From Eledone cirrhosa (Eukaryota): 64,000 nt of DNA. The stretch lies in contig OZ024744.1 of the NCBI GenBank assembly GCA_964016885.1, forward strand, positions 130,944,001-131,008,000, given 5' to 3'. This document shows, in pieces, positions 49,198 through 61,560 of this stretch (the stretch's first letter is position 1; each line of letters opens with the position of its first letter). The notes below the pieces were generated by a model. The model was not told where the DNA came from and searched no databases. It was given only the letters and a program-made list of their open reading frames with translations. The position numbers and the translations under genes were made by a program.

Positions 49198-50407
49198 GTC
49201 GGGGTTAAGTTAAGTTGGCGTTAAGTTAAGTTAGGCTTAACTTAAGTTGGTGTTCAGTTAAGTTGGGGGTAAGTTAAGTTGGGGGTAAGTTAAGTTGTGG
49301 TTAAGTTAAGTTGCGTTTAAGTTGGGGTTAAGTTAAGTTAGGGTTAAGTTAAGTTGGGGTTAAGTTAAGTTGGGGTTAATTTAAATTGGGGTTAAGTTAA
49401 CTTTGTGGTTAAGTTAAGTTGGGGTTAAGTTAAGTTGGGGTTAAGTTGGGGTTAATTTAAGTTGGGGCTAAGTTAATTTGTGGTTAAGTTAAGTTGGGGT
49501 TAAGTTAAGTTGGGGTTAAGTTAAGTTGGGGTTGAGTTAAGTTGGGGTTGAGTTAATTTGGGGTTAATTTAAGTTGGGGTTAAGTTAAGTTGGGGCTAAG
49601 TTAAGTTGGGGCTAAGTTAAGTTGGGGCTAAGTTAAGTTGGGGTTAGGTTAAGTCGGGGTTAAGTTAAGTCGGGGTTAAGTTAAGTTGGCGTTAAGTTAA
49701 GTTGGGGTTAATTTAAGTTGGGGTTAAGTTAAGTTGGGGTTAATTTAAGTTGGGGTTAAGTTAAGTTGCGGGTAATTTAAGTTGGGGTTAAGTTAAGTTG
49801 GGGTTAAGTTAAGTTGGGGTTATGTTAAGTTGGTTAGTTAAGTTGAGTTTAAGTTAAGTTGGGGTTAATTTATGTTGGGGTTAAGTTAAGTTGGGGTTAA
49901 GTTAAGTTGGGGTTAATTTAAGTTGGGGTTAAGTTAAGTTGCGGGTAATTTAAGTTGGGGTTAAGTTAAGTTGGGGTTAAGTTAAGTTGGGGTTATGTTA
50001 AGTTGGGGTTAAGTTAAGTTGGGGTTAAGTTAAGTTGGGGCTAAGTTAAGTTGGGGCTGAGTTAAGTTGGGGTTAAGTTAAGTTGGGGTTAAGTTAAGTT
50101 GGGGATAAGTTAAGTTGGGGTTAAGTTAAGTTGGGGTTTATTTAAGTTGGGGTTAATTTAAGTTGGGGTTCAGTTAAGTTGGGGTTAAGTTAAGTTGGGG
50201 TTAAGTTAAGTTGGGGTTAAGTTAAGTTGGGGTTAAGTTAAGTTGGGTTTAAGTTAAGTTGGGGTTAAGTTAAGTTGGGGTCAAGTTAAGTTGGGGTTAA
50301 GTTAAGTTGGTTAGTTAATTTGAGTTTAAGTTAAGTTGGGGTTAATTTTTGTTGGGGTTAAGTTAAGTTGGGGTTAAGTTAAGTTGGGGTTAAGTTAAGT
50401 TGGGGTT

Positions 50408-50608
50408 AACCCCAACTTAACTTAACCCCAACTTCACTCAACCCCAACGTAACTCAACCCCAACTTAACTTAACCCCAACTTCACTCAACCCCAACTTAA
50501 CTTAACCCCAACTTCACTCAACCCCAACTTAAGTCAACCCCAACTTAACTTAACCCCAACTTGACTTAACCCCAACTTAACTTAGCACCAACTTAACTTA
50601 AGCCCAAA
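50408..50608 (-). repeat. Inverted cassette 30 (type G, 201 bp)
   Basis: As cassette 14. Confidence 0.95.
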
Positions 50609-53536
50609 GTCGGGGTTAAGTTAAGTTGGCGTTAAGTTAAGTTAGGCTTAACTTAAGTTGGGGTTCAGTTAAGTTGGGGGTAAGTTAAGTTGGGGGTAAG
50701 TTAAGTTGGGGTTAAGTTAAGTTGCGTTTAAGTTGGGGTTAAGTTAAGTTAGGGTTAAGTTAAGTTGGGGTTAATTTAAATTGGGGTTAAGTTAACTTTG
50801 TGGTTAAGTTAAGTTGGGGTTAAGTTAAGTTGGGGTTAAGTTGGGGTTAATTTAAGTTGGGGCTAAGTTAATTTGTGGTTAAGTTAAGTTGGGGTTAAGT
50901 TAAGTTGGGGTTAAGTTAAGTTGGGGTTGAGTTAAGTTGGGGTTGAGTTAATTAGGGGTTAAATTAAGTTGGGGTTAAGTTAAGTTGGGGGTAAGTTAAG
51001 TTGGGGCTAAGTTAAGTTGGGGTTAAATTAAGTTGGGGTTACGTTAAGTTGGTGTTAAGTTAAGTTGGGGTTAATTTAAGTTGGGGTTAATTAAGTTGGG
51101 GTTAAGTTAAGTTGGGGTTAAGTTAAGTTGGGGTTTATTTAAGTTGGGGTTAAGTTAAGTTGGGGTTCAGTTAAGTTGGGGTTCAGTTAAGTTGGGGTTA
51201 ATTTAAGTTGGGGTTAAGATGGGGTTAAATTAAGTTGGGGTTAAGTTAAGTTTGGGTTAAGTTAAGTTGGGGTTAAGTTAAGTTGGGGTTAAGTTAAGTC
51301 GGGGTTAAGTTAAGTCGGGGTTAAGTTAAGTTAGGGTTCAGTTAAGTTGGGGTTAAGTTAAGTTGGGGTTGAGTTAAGTTGGGGTTGAGTTAAATTGGGG
51401 TTGAGTTAAGTTGGGGTTGAGTTAAGTTGGTGTTGACTTAAGTTGGGGTTAAGTTAAGTTGGGGTTAAGTTAAGTTGCAGTTAAGTTAAGTTGAGGTTAA
51501 GTTAAGGTGCGGTTAAGTTAAGTTGGGGTTAAGTTAAGTTGGGGCTAAGTTAAGTTGGGGCTAATTTAAGTTGGGGCTAAGTTACGTTGGGGTTAGGTTA
51601 AGTTGGGGTTAAGTTAAGTCGGGGTTAAGTTAAGTTGGCGTTAAGTTAAGTTGGGGTTAATTTAAGTTGGGGTTAAGTTAAGTTGGGGTTAAGTTAAGTT
51701 GGGGTTAAGTTAAGTTGGGGTTATGTTAAGTTGGGGTTAAGTTAAGTTGGGGTTAAGTTAAGTTGGGGCTAAGTTAAGTTGGGGCTGAGTTAAGTTGGGG
51801 TTAAGTTAAGTTGGGGTTAAGTTAAGTTTGGGATAAGTTAAGTTGGGGTTAAGTTAAGTTGGGGTTTATTTAAGTTGGGGTTAATTTAAGTCGGGGTTAA
51901 GTTAAGTCGGGGTTCAGTTAATATAGGGTTAAGTTAAGTTGGGGTTAAGTTAAGTTGGGGTTGTGTTAAGTTGGGGTTGAGTTAAATTGGGGTTGAGTTA
52001 AGTTGGGGTTGAGTTAAGTTGGTGTTCAGTTAAGTTGGGGTTAAGTTAAGTTGGGGTTAATTTAAGTTGCAGTTAAGTTAAGTTGAGGTTAAGTTAAGGT
52101 GGGGTTAAGTTAAGTTGGGGTTAGTTTAAGTTGGGGCTAAGCTACGTTGGGGCTAAGTTAAGTTGGGGCTAAGTTAAGTTGGGGTTAAGTTAAGTTGGGG
52201 TATATTAAGTTGGGGTTAAGTTAAGTTGGGGTTAAGTTAAGTTGGGGTTAAGTTAAGTTGGGGCTGAGTTAAGTTGGGGCTGAGTTAAGTTGGGGCTGAG
52301 TTAAGTTGGGGTTAAGTTAAGTTGGGGTATATTAAGTTGGGGTTAAGTTAAGTTGGGGTTAAGTTAAGTTGGGGTTAAGTTAAGTTGGGGCTGAGTTAAG
52401 TTGGGGCTTAGTTAAGTTGGGGCTGAGTTAAGTTGGGGTTAAGATAAGTTGGGGTTAAGTTAAGTTAGGTTTAAGTTAAGTTGGGGTTAAGTTAAGTTGG
52501 GGTTAAGTTAAGTTGGGGTTAAGTTAAGTTAGGTTTAAGTTAAGTTGGGGTTAAGTTAAGTTGGGGTTAAGTTAAGTTGGGGTTAAGTTAAGTTGGGGTT
52601 AAGTTAAGTTGAGGTTAAGTTAAGTTGGGGTTAAATTAAGTTGGGGTTAAGTTAAGTTGGGGTTAAGTTAAGTTGGGGATAAGTTAAGTTGGGGATAATT
52701 TAAGTTGGGGTTAAGTTAAGTTGGGTTTAAGTTAAGTTGGGGTTAAGTTAAGTTGGGGTTAAGTTAAGTTGGGGTTAAGTTAAGTTGGGGTTAAGTTAAG
52801 TTGGGGTTCAGTTAAGTTGGGGTTCAGTTAAGTTGGGGTTAAGTTAAGTTGGGGTTAAGATGGGGCTAAATTAAGTTGGGGTTAAGTTAAGTTGGGGTTA
52901 AGTTAAGTTGGGGTTAAGCTAAGTTGGGGTTAAGTTAAGTCGGGGTTAAGTTAAGTCGGGGTTAAGTTAAGTTAGGGTTCAGTTAAGTTGGGGTTAAGTT
53001 AAGTTGGGGTTGAGTTAAGTTGGGGTTGAGTTAAATTGGGGTTGAGTTAAGTTGGGGTTGAGTTAAGTTGGTGTTGAGTTAAGTTGGGGTTAAGTTAAGT
53101 TGGGGTTAAGTTAAGTTGCAGTTAAGTTAAGTTGAGGTTAAGTTAAGGTGCGGTTAAGTTAAGTTGGGGTTAAGTTAAGTTGGGGCTAAGTTAAGTTGGG
53201 GCTAAGTTAAGTTGGGGCTAAGTTAAGTTGGGGTTAAGTTAAGTCGGGGTTAAGTTAAGTTGGGGTTAAGTTAAGTTGGGGTTAATTTAAGTTGGGGTTA
53301 AGTTAAGTTGGGGTTAAGTTAAGTTGGGGTTAAGTTAAGTTGGGGTTAAGTTAAGTTGGGTTTAAGTTAAGTTGGGGTTAAGTTAAGTTGGGGTCAAGTT
53401 AAGTTGGGGTTAAGTTAAGTTGGTTAGTTAAGTCGAGTTTAAGTTAAGTTGGGGTTAATTTAAGTTGGGGTTAAGTTAAGTTGGGGTTAAGTTAAGTTGG
53501 GGTTAAGTTAAGTTGGGGTTAAGTTAAGTTGGGGTT

Positions 53537-53737
53537 AACCCCAACTTAACTTAACCCCAACTTCACTCAACCCCAACGTAACTCAACCCCAACTTAACTT
53601 AACCCCAACTTCACTCAACCCCAACTTAACTTAACCCCAACTTCACTCAACCCCAACTTAAGTCAACCCCAACTTAACTTAACCCCAACTTGACTTAACC
53701 CCAACTTAAATTAGCCCCAACTTAACTTAAGCCCAAA
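53537..53737 (-). repeat. Inverted cassette 31 (type B, 201 bp)
   Basis: As cassette 9, downstream GGGAGTAAG. Confidence 0.95.
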
Positions 53738-55404
53738 GTCGGGGTTAAGTTAAGTTGGCGTTATGTTAAGTCAGGCTTAACTTAAGTTGGGGTTCAGTTA
53801 AGTTGGGAGTAAGTTAAGTTGGGGGTAAGTTAAGTTGGGGTTAAATTAAGTTGCGGTTAAGTTGGGGTTAAGTTAAGTTAGGGTTAAGTTAAGTTGGGGT
53901 TGAGTTAAGTTGGGGTTAATTAAGTGGTGGTTATGTTAAGTTGGGGTTAATTTAAATTGGGGTTAAGTTAACTTTGTGGTTAAGTTCAGTTGGGGTTAAG
54001 TTAAGTTGGGGTTAAGTTGGGGTTGAGTTAAGTTGGGGTTGAGTGAAGTTGGGGTTAAGTTAAGTTGGGGTAAAGTTAAGTTGGGGTTAAGTTAAGTCGG
54101 GGTTGAGTTAAGTTGTGGTTGAGTTAAGTTGGGGTTAATTTAAGTTGGGGCTAAGTTAATTTGTGGTTAAGTTAAGTTGGGGTTAAGTTAAGTTGGGTTT
54201 AAGTTAAGTTGGGGTTAAATTAAGTTGGGGTTAAATTAAGTTGGGGTTAAGTTAAGTTGGGGGTAAGTTAAGTTGGGGGCAAGTTAAGTTGGGGCTAAGT
54301 TAAGTTGGGGTTAAATTAAGTTGGGGTTACGTTAAGTTGGTGTTAAGTTAAGTTGGGGTTAATTTAAGTTGGGGTTAATTAAGTTGGGGTTAATTTAAGT
54401 TGGGGTTAAGTTAAGTTGGGGTTAATTTAAGTTGGGGTTGAGTTAAGTTGGGGTTAATTTAAGTTGGGGTTATATTAAGTTGGGGTTAAGTTAAGTTGGG
54501 GTTAATTTAAGTTGGGGTTAAGTTAAGTTGGGGTTTATTTAAGTTGGGGTTAAGTTAAGTTGGGGTTCAGTTAAGTTGGGGTTCAGTTAAGTTGGGGTTA
54601 AGTTAAGTTGGGGTTAAGATGGGGTTAAATTAAGTTGGGGTTAAGTTAAGTTGGGGTCAAGTTAAGTTGGGGTTAAGTTAAGTTGGGGTTAAGTTAAGTC
54701 GGGGTTAAGTTAAGTCGGGGTTAAGTTAAGTTAGGGTTCAGTTAAGTTGGGGTTAAGTTAAGTTGGGGTTGAGTTAAGTTGGGGTTGAGTTAAATTGGGG
54801 TTGAGTTAAGTTGGGGTTGAGTTAAGTTGGTGTTGAGTTAAGTTGGGGTTAAGTTAAGTTGGGGTTAAGTTAAGTTGCAGTTAAGTTAAGTTGAGGTTAA
54901 GTTAAGGTGCGGTTAAGTTAAGTTGGGGTTAAGTTAAGTTGGGGCTAAGTTAAGTTGGGGCTAAGTTAAGTTGGGGTTAAGTTAAGTTGGGGTTAAGTTA
55001 AGTCGGGGTTAAGTTAAGTTGGGGTTAAGTTAAGTTGGGGTTAAGTTAAGTTGGGGTTAAGTTAAGTTGGGGTTAAGTTAAGTTGGGTTTAAGTTAAGTT
55101 GGGGTTAAGTCAAGTTGGGGTTAAGTTAAGTTGGGGTTAAGTTTAGTTGGTTAGTTAAGTTGAGTTTAAGTTAAGTTGGGGTTAATTTAAGTTGGAGTTA
55201 AGTTAATATGGGGTTAAGTTAAGTTGGGGTTAAGTTAAGTTGGGTTTAAGTTAAGTTGGGGTTAAGTTAAGTTGGGGTCAAGTTAAGTTGGGGTTAAGTT
55301 AAGTTGGTTAGTTAAGTCGAGTTTAAGTTAAGTTGGGGTTAATTTAAGTTGGGGTTAAGTTAAGTTGGGGTTAAGTTAAGTTGGGGTTAAGTTAAGTTGG
55401 GGTT

Positions 55405-55557
55405 AACCCCAACTTAACTTAACCCCAACTTCACTCAACCCCAACGTAACTCAACCCCAACTTAACTTAACCCCAACTTCACTCAACCCCAACTTAACTT
55501 AACCCCAACTTCACTCAACCCCAACTTATGTCAACCCCAACTTAACTTAAGCCCAAA
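55405..55557 (-). repeat. Inverted cassette 32 (type C, 153 bp)
   Basis: Marker CTTATGTC. Confidence 0.95.
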
Positions 55558-57003
55558 GTCGGGGTTAAGTTAAGTTGGCGTTATGTTAAGTCAGGCTTAA
55601 CTTAAGTTGGGGTTCAGTTAAGTTGGGGGTAAGTTAAGTTGGGGGTAAGTTAAGTTGGGGTTAAGTTAAGTTGCGGTTAGGTTGGGGTTAAGTTAAGTTA
55701 GGGTTAAGTTAAGTTGGGGTTGAGTTAAGTTGGGGTTAATTAAGTGGTGGTTATGTTAAGTTGGGGTTAATTTAAATTGGGGTTAAGTTAACATTGTGGT
55801 TAAGTTAAGTTGGGGTTAAGTTAAGTTGGGGTTAAGTTGGGGTTGAGTTAAGTTGGGGTTGAGTGAAGTTGGGGTTAAGTTAAGTTGGGGTAAAGTTAAG
55901 TTGGGGTTAAGTTAAGTCGGGGTTAAGTTAAGTTGTGGTTGAGTTAAGTTGGGGTTAATTTAAGTTGGGGCTAAGTTAATTTGTGGTTAAGTTAAGTTGG
56001 GGTTAAGTTAAGTTGGGGTTGAGTTAAGTTGGGGTTGAGTTAATTTGGGGTTAAGTTAAGTTGGGGTTAAGTTAAGTTGGGTTTAAGTTAAGTTGGGGTT
56101 AAATTAAGTTGGGGTTAAATTAAGTTGGGGTTAAGTTAAGTTGGGGGTAAGTTAAGTTGGGGGCAAGTTAAGTTGGGGCTAAGTTAAGTTGGGGTTAAAT
56201 TAAGTTGGGGTTACGTTAAGTTGGTGTTAAGTTAAGTTGGGGTTAATTTAAGTTGGGGTTAATTAAGTTGGGGTTAATTTAAGTTGGGGTTAAGTTAAGT
56301 TGGGGTTAATTTAAGTTGGGGTTGAGTTAAGTTGGGGTTAAGTTAAGTTGGGGTTATATTAAGTTGGGGTTAAGTTAAGTTGGGGTTAAGTTAAGTTGGG
56401 GTTAAGTTAAGTTGGGGTTTATTTAAGTTGGGGTTAAGTTAAGTTGGGGTTCAGTTAAGTTGGGGTTCAGTTAAGTTGGGGTTAAGTTAAGTTGGGGTTA
56501 AGATGGGGTTCAATTAAGTTGGGGTTAAGTTAAGTTGGGGTCAAGTTAAGTTGGGGTTAAGTTAAGTTGGGGTTAAGTTAAGTCGGGGTTAAGTTAAGTC
56601 GGGTTTAAGTTAAGTTAGGGTTCAGTTAAGTTGGGGTTAAGTTAAGTTGGGGTTGAGTTAAGTTGGGGTTGAGTTAAATTGGGGTTGAGTTAAGTTGGGG
56701 TTGAGTTAAGTTGGTGTTGAGTTAAGCTGGGGTTAAGTTAAGTTGGGGTTAAGTTAAGTTGGGGTTAATTTAAGTTGGGGTTAATTTAAGTTGGGGTTAA
56801 TTTAAGTTGGGGTTAAGTTAAGTTGGGGTTAAGTTAAGTTGGGGTTAAGTTAAGTTGGGTTTAAGTTAAGTTGGGGTTAAGTTAAGTTGGGGTCAAGTTA
56901 AGTTGGGGTTAAGTTAAGTTGGTTAGTTAAGTCGAGTTTAAGTTAAGTTGGGGTTAATTTAAGTTGGGGTTAAGTTAAGTTGGGGTTAAGTTAAGTTGGG
57001 GTT

Positions 57004-57204
57004 AACCCCAACTTAACTTAACCCCAACTTCACTCAACCCCAACTTCACTCAACCCCAACTTAACTTAACCCCAACTTCACTCAACCCCAACTTAACTTA
57101 ACCCCAACTTCACTCAACCCCAACTTAAGTCAACCCCAACTTAACTTAACCCCAACTTGACTTAACCCCAACTTAAATTAGCCCCAACTTAACTTAAGCC
57201 CAAA
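57004..57204 (-). repeat. Inverted cassette 33 (type D, 201 bp)
   Basis: As cassette 11. Confidence 0.95.
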
Positions 57205-58463
57205 GTCGGGGTTAAGTTAAGTTGGCGTTATGTTAAGTCAGGCTTAACTTAAGTTGGGGTTCAGTTAAGTTGGGGGTAAGTTAAGTTGGGGGTAAGTTAA
57301 GTTGAGGTTAAGTTAAGTTGCGGTTAAGTTGGGGTTAAGTTAAGTTAGGGTTAAGTTAAGTTGGGGTTGAGTTAAGTTGGGGTTAATTAAGTGGTGGTTA
57401 TGTTAAGTTGGGGTTAATTTAAATTGGGGTTAAGTTAACATTGTGGTTAAGTTAAGTTGGGGTTAAGTTAAGTTGGGGTTAAGTTGGGGTTGAGTTAAGT
57501 TGGGGTTGAGTGAAGTTGGGGTTAAGTTAAGTTGGGGTAAAGTTAAGTTGGGGTTAAGTTAAGTCGGGGTTAAGTTAAGTTGTGGTTGAGTTAAGTTGGG
57601 GTAAAGTTAAGTTGGGGTTAAGTTAAGTTGGGGTTAAGTTAAGTTGGGGTTGAGTTAAGTTGGGGTTGAGTTAATTTGGGGTTAAGTTAAGTTGGGGTTA
57701 AGTTAAGTTGGGTTTAAGTTAAGTTGGGGTTAAATTAAGTTGGGGTTAAATTAAGTTGGGGTTAAGTTAAGTTGGGGGTAAGTTAAGTTGGGGGCAAGTT
57801 AAGTTGGGGCTAAGTTAAGTTGGGGTTAAATTAAGTTGGGGTTACGTTAAGTTGGTGTTAAGTTAAGTTGGGGTTAATTTAAGTTGGGGTTAATTAAGTT
57901 GGGGTTAATTTAAGTTGGGGTTAAGTTAAGTTGGGGTTAATTTAAGTTGGGGTTGAGTTAAGTTGGGGTTAAGTTAAGTTGGGGTTATATTAAGTTGGGG
58001 TTAGGTTAAGTTGGGGTTAAGTTAAGTTGGGGTTAAGTTAAGTTGGGGTTTATTTAAGTTGGGGTTAAGTTAAGTTGGGGTTAATTTAAGTTGGGGTTGA
58101 GTTAAGTTGGTGTTGAGTTAAGTTGCGGTTATGTTAAGTTGGGGTTAAGTTAAGTTGGGGTTAAGTTAAGTTGGGGCTGAGTTAAGTTGGGGCTGAGTTA
58201 AGTTGGGGTTAAGTTAAGTTGGGGTTAAGTTAAGTCGGGGTTAAGTTAAGTTGGGGTTAAGTTAAGTTGGGGTTAAGTTAAGTTGGGGTTAAGTTAAGTT
58301 GGGGTTAAGTTAAGTTGGGTTTAAGTTAAGTTGGGGTTAAGTTAAGATGGGGTCAAGTTAAGTTGGGGTTAAGTTAAGTTGGTTAGTTAAGTTGAGTTTA
58401 AGTTAAGTTGGGGTTAATTTATGTTGGGGTTAAGTTAAGTTGGGGTTAAGTTAAGTTGGGGTT

Positions 58464-58664
58464 AACCCCAACTTAACTTAACCCCAACTTCACTCAACCC
58501 CAACGTAACTCAACCCCAACTTAACTTAACCCCAACTTCACTCAACCCCAACTTAACTTAACCCCAACTTCACTCAACCCCAACTTAAGTCAACCCCAAC
58601 TTAACTTAACCCCAACTTGACTTAACCCCAACTTAACTTAGCACGAACTTAACTTAAGCCCAAA
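58464..58664 (-). repeat. Inverted cassette 34 (type E, 201 bp)
   Basis: Marker TTAGCACGAAC. Confidence 0.95.
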
Positions 58665-59948
58665 GTCGGGGTTAAGTTAAGTTGGCGTTAAGTTAAGTTA
58701 GGCTTAACTTAAGTTGGGGTTCAGTTAAGTTGGGGGTAAGTTAAGTTGGGGGTAAGTTAAGTTGGGGTTAAGTTAAGTTGCGTTTAAGTTGGGGTTAAGT
58801 TAAGTTAGGGTTAAGTTAAGTTGGGATTAAGTTAAGTTGGGGATAATTTAAGTTGGGGTTAAGTTGGGGTTAATTTAACTTGGGGCTAAGTTAATTTGTG
58901 GTTAAGTTAAGTTGGGGTTAAGTTAAGTTGGGGTTAAGTTAAGTTGGGGTTGAGTTAAGTTGGGGTTGAGTTAATTTGGGGTTAATTTAAGTTGGGGTTA
59001 AGTTAAGTTGGGTTTAAGTTAAGTTGGGGTTAAATTAAGTTGGGGTTAAATTAAGTTGGGGTTAAGTTAAGTTGGGGGTAAGTTAAGTTGGGGGCAAGTT
59101 AAGTTGGGGCTAAGTTAAGTTGGGGTTAAATTAAGTTGGGGTTACGTTAAGTTGGTGTTAAGTTAAGTTGGGGTTAATTTAAGTTGGGGTTAATTAAGTT
59201 GGGGTTAAGTTAAGTTGGGGTTAAGTTAAGTTGGGGTTTATTTAAGTTGGGGTTAAGTTAAGTTGGGGTTCAGTTAAGTTGGGGTTCAGTTAAGTTGGGG
59301 TTAAGTTAAGTTGGGGTTAAGATGGGGTTAAATTAAGTTGGGGTTAAGTTAAGTTGGGGTTAAGTTAAGTTGGGGTTAAGTTAAGTTGGGGTTAAGTTAA
59401 GTCGGGGTTAAGTTAAGTCGGGGTTAAGTTAAGTTAGGGTTCAGTTAAGTTGGGGTTAAGTTAAGTTGGGGTTGAGTTAAGTTGGGGTTGAGTTAAATTG
59501 GGGTTGAGTTAAGTTGGGGTTGAGTTAAGTTGGTGTTGAGTTAAGTTGCGGTTATGTTAAGTTGGGGTAAGTTAAGTTGGGGTTAAGTTAAGTTGGGGCT
59601 AAGTTAAGTTGGGGCTGAGTTAAGTTGGGGTTAAGTTAAGTTGGGGTTAAGTTAAGTCGGGGTTAAGTTAAGTTGGGGTTAAGTTAAGTTGGGGTTAAGT
59701 TAAGTTGGGGTTAATTAAGTTGGGGTTAAGTTAAGTTGGGGTTAAGTTTAGTTGGGTTTAAGTTAAGTTGGGGTTAAGTTAAGTTGGGGTCAAGTTAATT
59801 TGGGGTTAAGTTAAGTTGGTTAGTTAAGTTGAGTTTAAGTTAAGTTGGGGTTAATTTATGTTGGGGTTAAGTTAAGTTGGGGTTAAGTTAAGTTGGGGTT
59901 AAGTTAAGTTGGGGTTAAGTTAAGTTGGGGTTAAGTTAAGTTGGGGTT

Positions 59949-60149
59949 AACCCCAACTTAACTTAACCCCAACGTAACTCAACCCCAACGTAACTCAACC
60001 CCAACTTAACTTAACCCCAACTTCACTCAACCCCAACTTAACTTAACCCCAACTTCACTCAACCCCAACTTAAGTCAACCCCAACTTAACTTAACCCCAA
60101 CTTGACTTAACCCCAACTTAACTTAGCACCAACTTAACTTAAGCCCAAA
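59949..60149 (-). repeat. Inverted cassette 35 (type F, 201 bp)
   Basis: Double CGTA; CACCAACTTAAC as in cassette 13. Confidence 0.95.
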
Positions 60150-61359
60150 GTCGGGGTTAAGTTAAGTTGGCGTTAAGTTAAGTTAGGCTTAACTTAAGTT
60201 GGGGTTCAGTTAAGTTGGGGGTAAGTTAAGTTGGGGGTAAGTTAAGTTGTGGTTAAGTTAAGTTGCGTTTAAGTTGGGGTTAAGTTAAGTTAGGGTTAAG
60301 TTAAGTTGGGGTTAAGTTAAGTTGGGGTTAATTTAAATTGGGGTTAAGTTAACTTTGTGGTTAAGTTAAGTTGGGGTTAAGTTAAGTTGGGGTTAAGTTG
60401 GGGCTAATTTAAGTTGGGGCTAAGTTAATTTGTGGTTAAGTTAAGTTGGGGTTAAGTTAAGTTGGGGTTAAGTTAAGTTGGGGTTGAGTTAAGTTGGGGT
60501 TGAGTTAATTTGGGGTTAATTTAAGTTGGGGTTAAGTTAAGTTGGGGCTAAGTTAAGTTGGGGCTAAGTTAAGTTGGGGCTAAGTTAAGTTGGGGTTAGG
60601 TTAAGTCGGGGTTAAGTTAAGTCGGGGTTAAGTTAAGTTGGCGTTAAGTTAAGTTGGGGTTAATTTAAGTTGGGGTTAAGTTAAGTTGGGGTTAATTTAA
60701 GTTGGGGTTAAGTTAAGTTGCGGGTAATTTAAGTTGGGGTTAAGTTAAGTTGGGGTTAAGTTAAGTTGGGGTTATGTTAAGTTGGTTAGTTAAGTTGAGT
60801 TTAAGTTAAGTTGGGGTTAATTTATGTTGGGGTTAAGTTAAGTTGGGGTTAAGTTAAGTTGGGGTTAATTTAAGTTGGGGTTAAGTTAAGTTGCGGGTAA
60901 TTTAAGTTGGGGTTAAGTTAAGTTGGGGTTAAGTTAAGTTGGGGTTATGTTAAGTTGGGGTTAAGTTAAGTTGGGGTTAAGTTAAGTTGGGGCTAAGTTA
61001 AGTTGGGGCTGAGTTAAGTTGGGGTTAAGTTAAGTTGGGGTTAAGTTAAGTTGGGGATAAGTTAAGTTGGGGTTAAGTTAAGTTGGGGTTTATTTAAGTT
61101 GGGGTTAATTTAAGTTGGGGTTCAGTTAAGTTGGGGTTAAGTTAAGTTGGGGTTAAGTTAAGTTGGGGTTAAGTTAAGTTGGGGTTAAGTTAAGTTGGGT
61201 TTAAGTTAAGTTGGGGTTAAGTTAAGTTGGGGTCAAGTTAAGTTGGGGTTAAGTTAAGTTGGTTAGTTAATTTGAGTTTAAGTTAAGTTGGGGTTAATTT
61301 TTGTTGGGGTTAAGTTAAGTTGGGGTTAAGTTAAGTTGGGGTTAAGTTAAGTTGGGGTT

Positions 61360-61560
61360 AACCCCAACTTAACTTAACCCCAACTTCACTCAACCCCAAC
61401 GTAACTCAACCCCAACTTAACTTAACCCCAACTTCACTCAACCCCAACTTAACTTAACCCCAACTTCACTCAACCCCAACTTAAGTCAACCCCAACTTAA
61501 CTTAACCCCAACTTGACTTAACCCCAACTTAACTTAGCACCAACTTAACTTAAGCCCAAA
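61360..61560 (-). repeat. Inverted cassette 36 (type G, 201 bp)
   Basis: As cassette 14. Confidence 0.95.

Larger units (their letters stand above)
40536..52450 (+). repeat. Higher-order repeat copy III (A-B-C-D-E-F-G), truncated
   Basis: Shares private variants with copy II; switches register at about 52,450. Confidence 0.85.

Noticed and set aside
410-61560. CRISPR array (recurring cassette plus variable spacers)
   Set aside because: The intervening DNA is the same satellite rather than unique spacer, the sizes are wrong, and there are no cas genes or leader.
410-61560. Inversions as random MDA or nanopore fold-back chimeras
   Set aside because: Random chimeras would have heterogeneous breakpoints. 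These share junctions and carry heritable diagnostic variants that follow the HOR. Copy number and order could still be mis-assembled.
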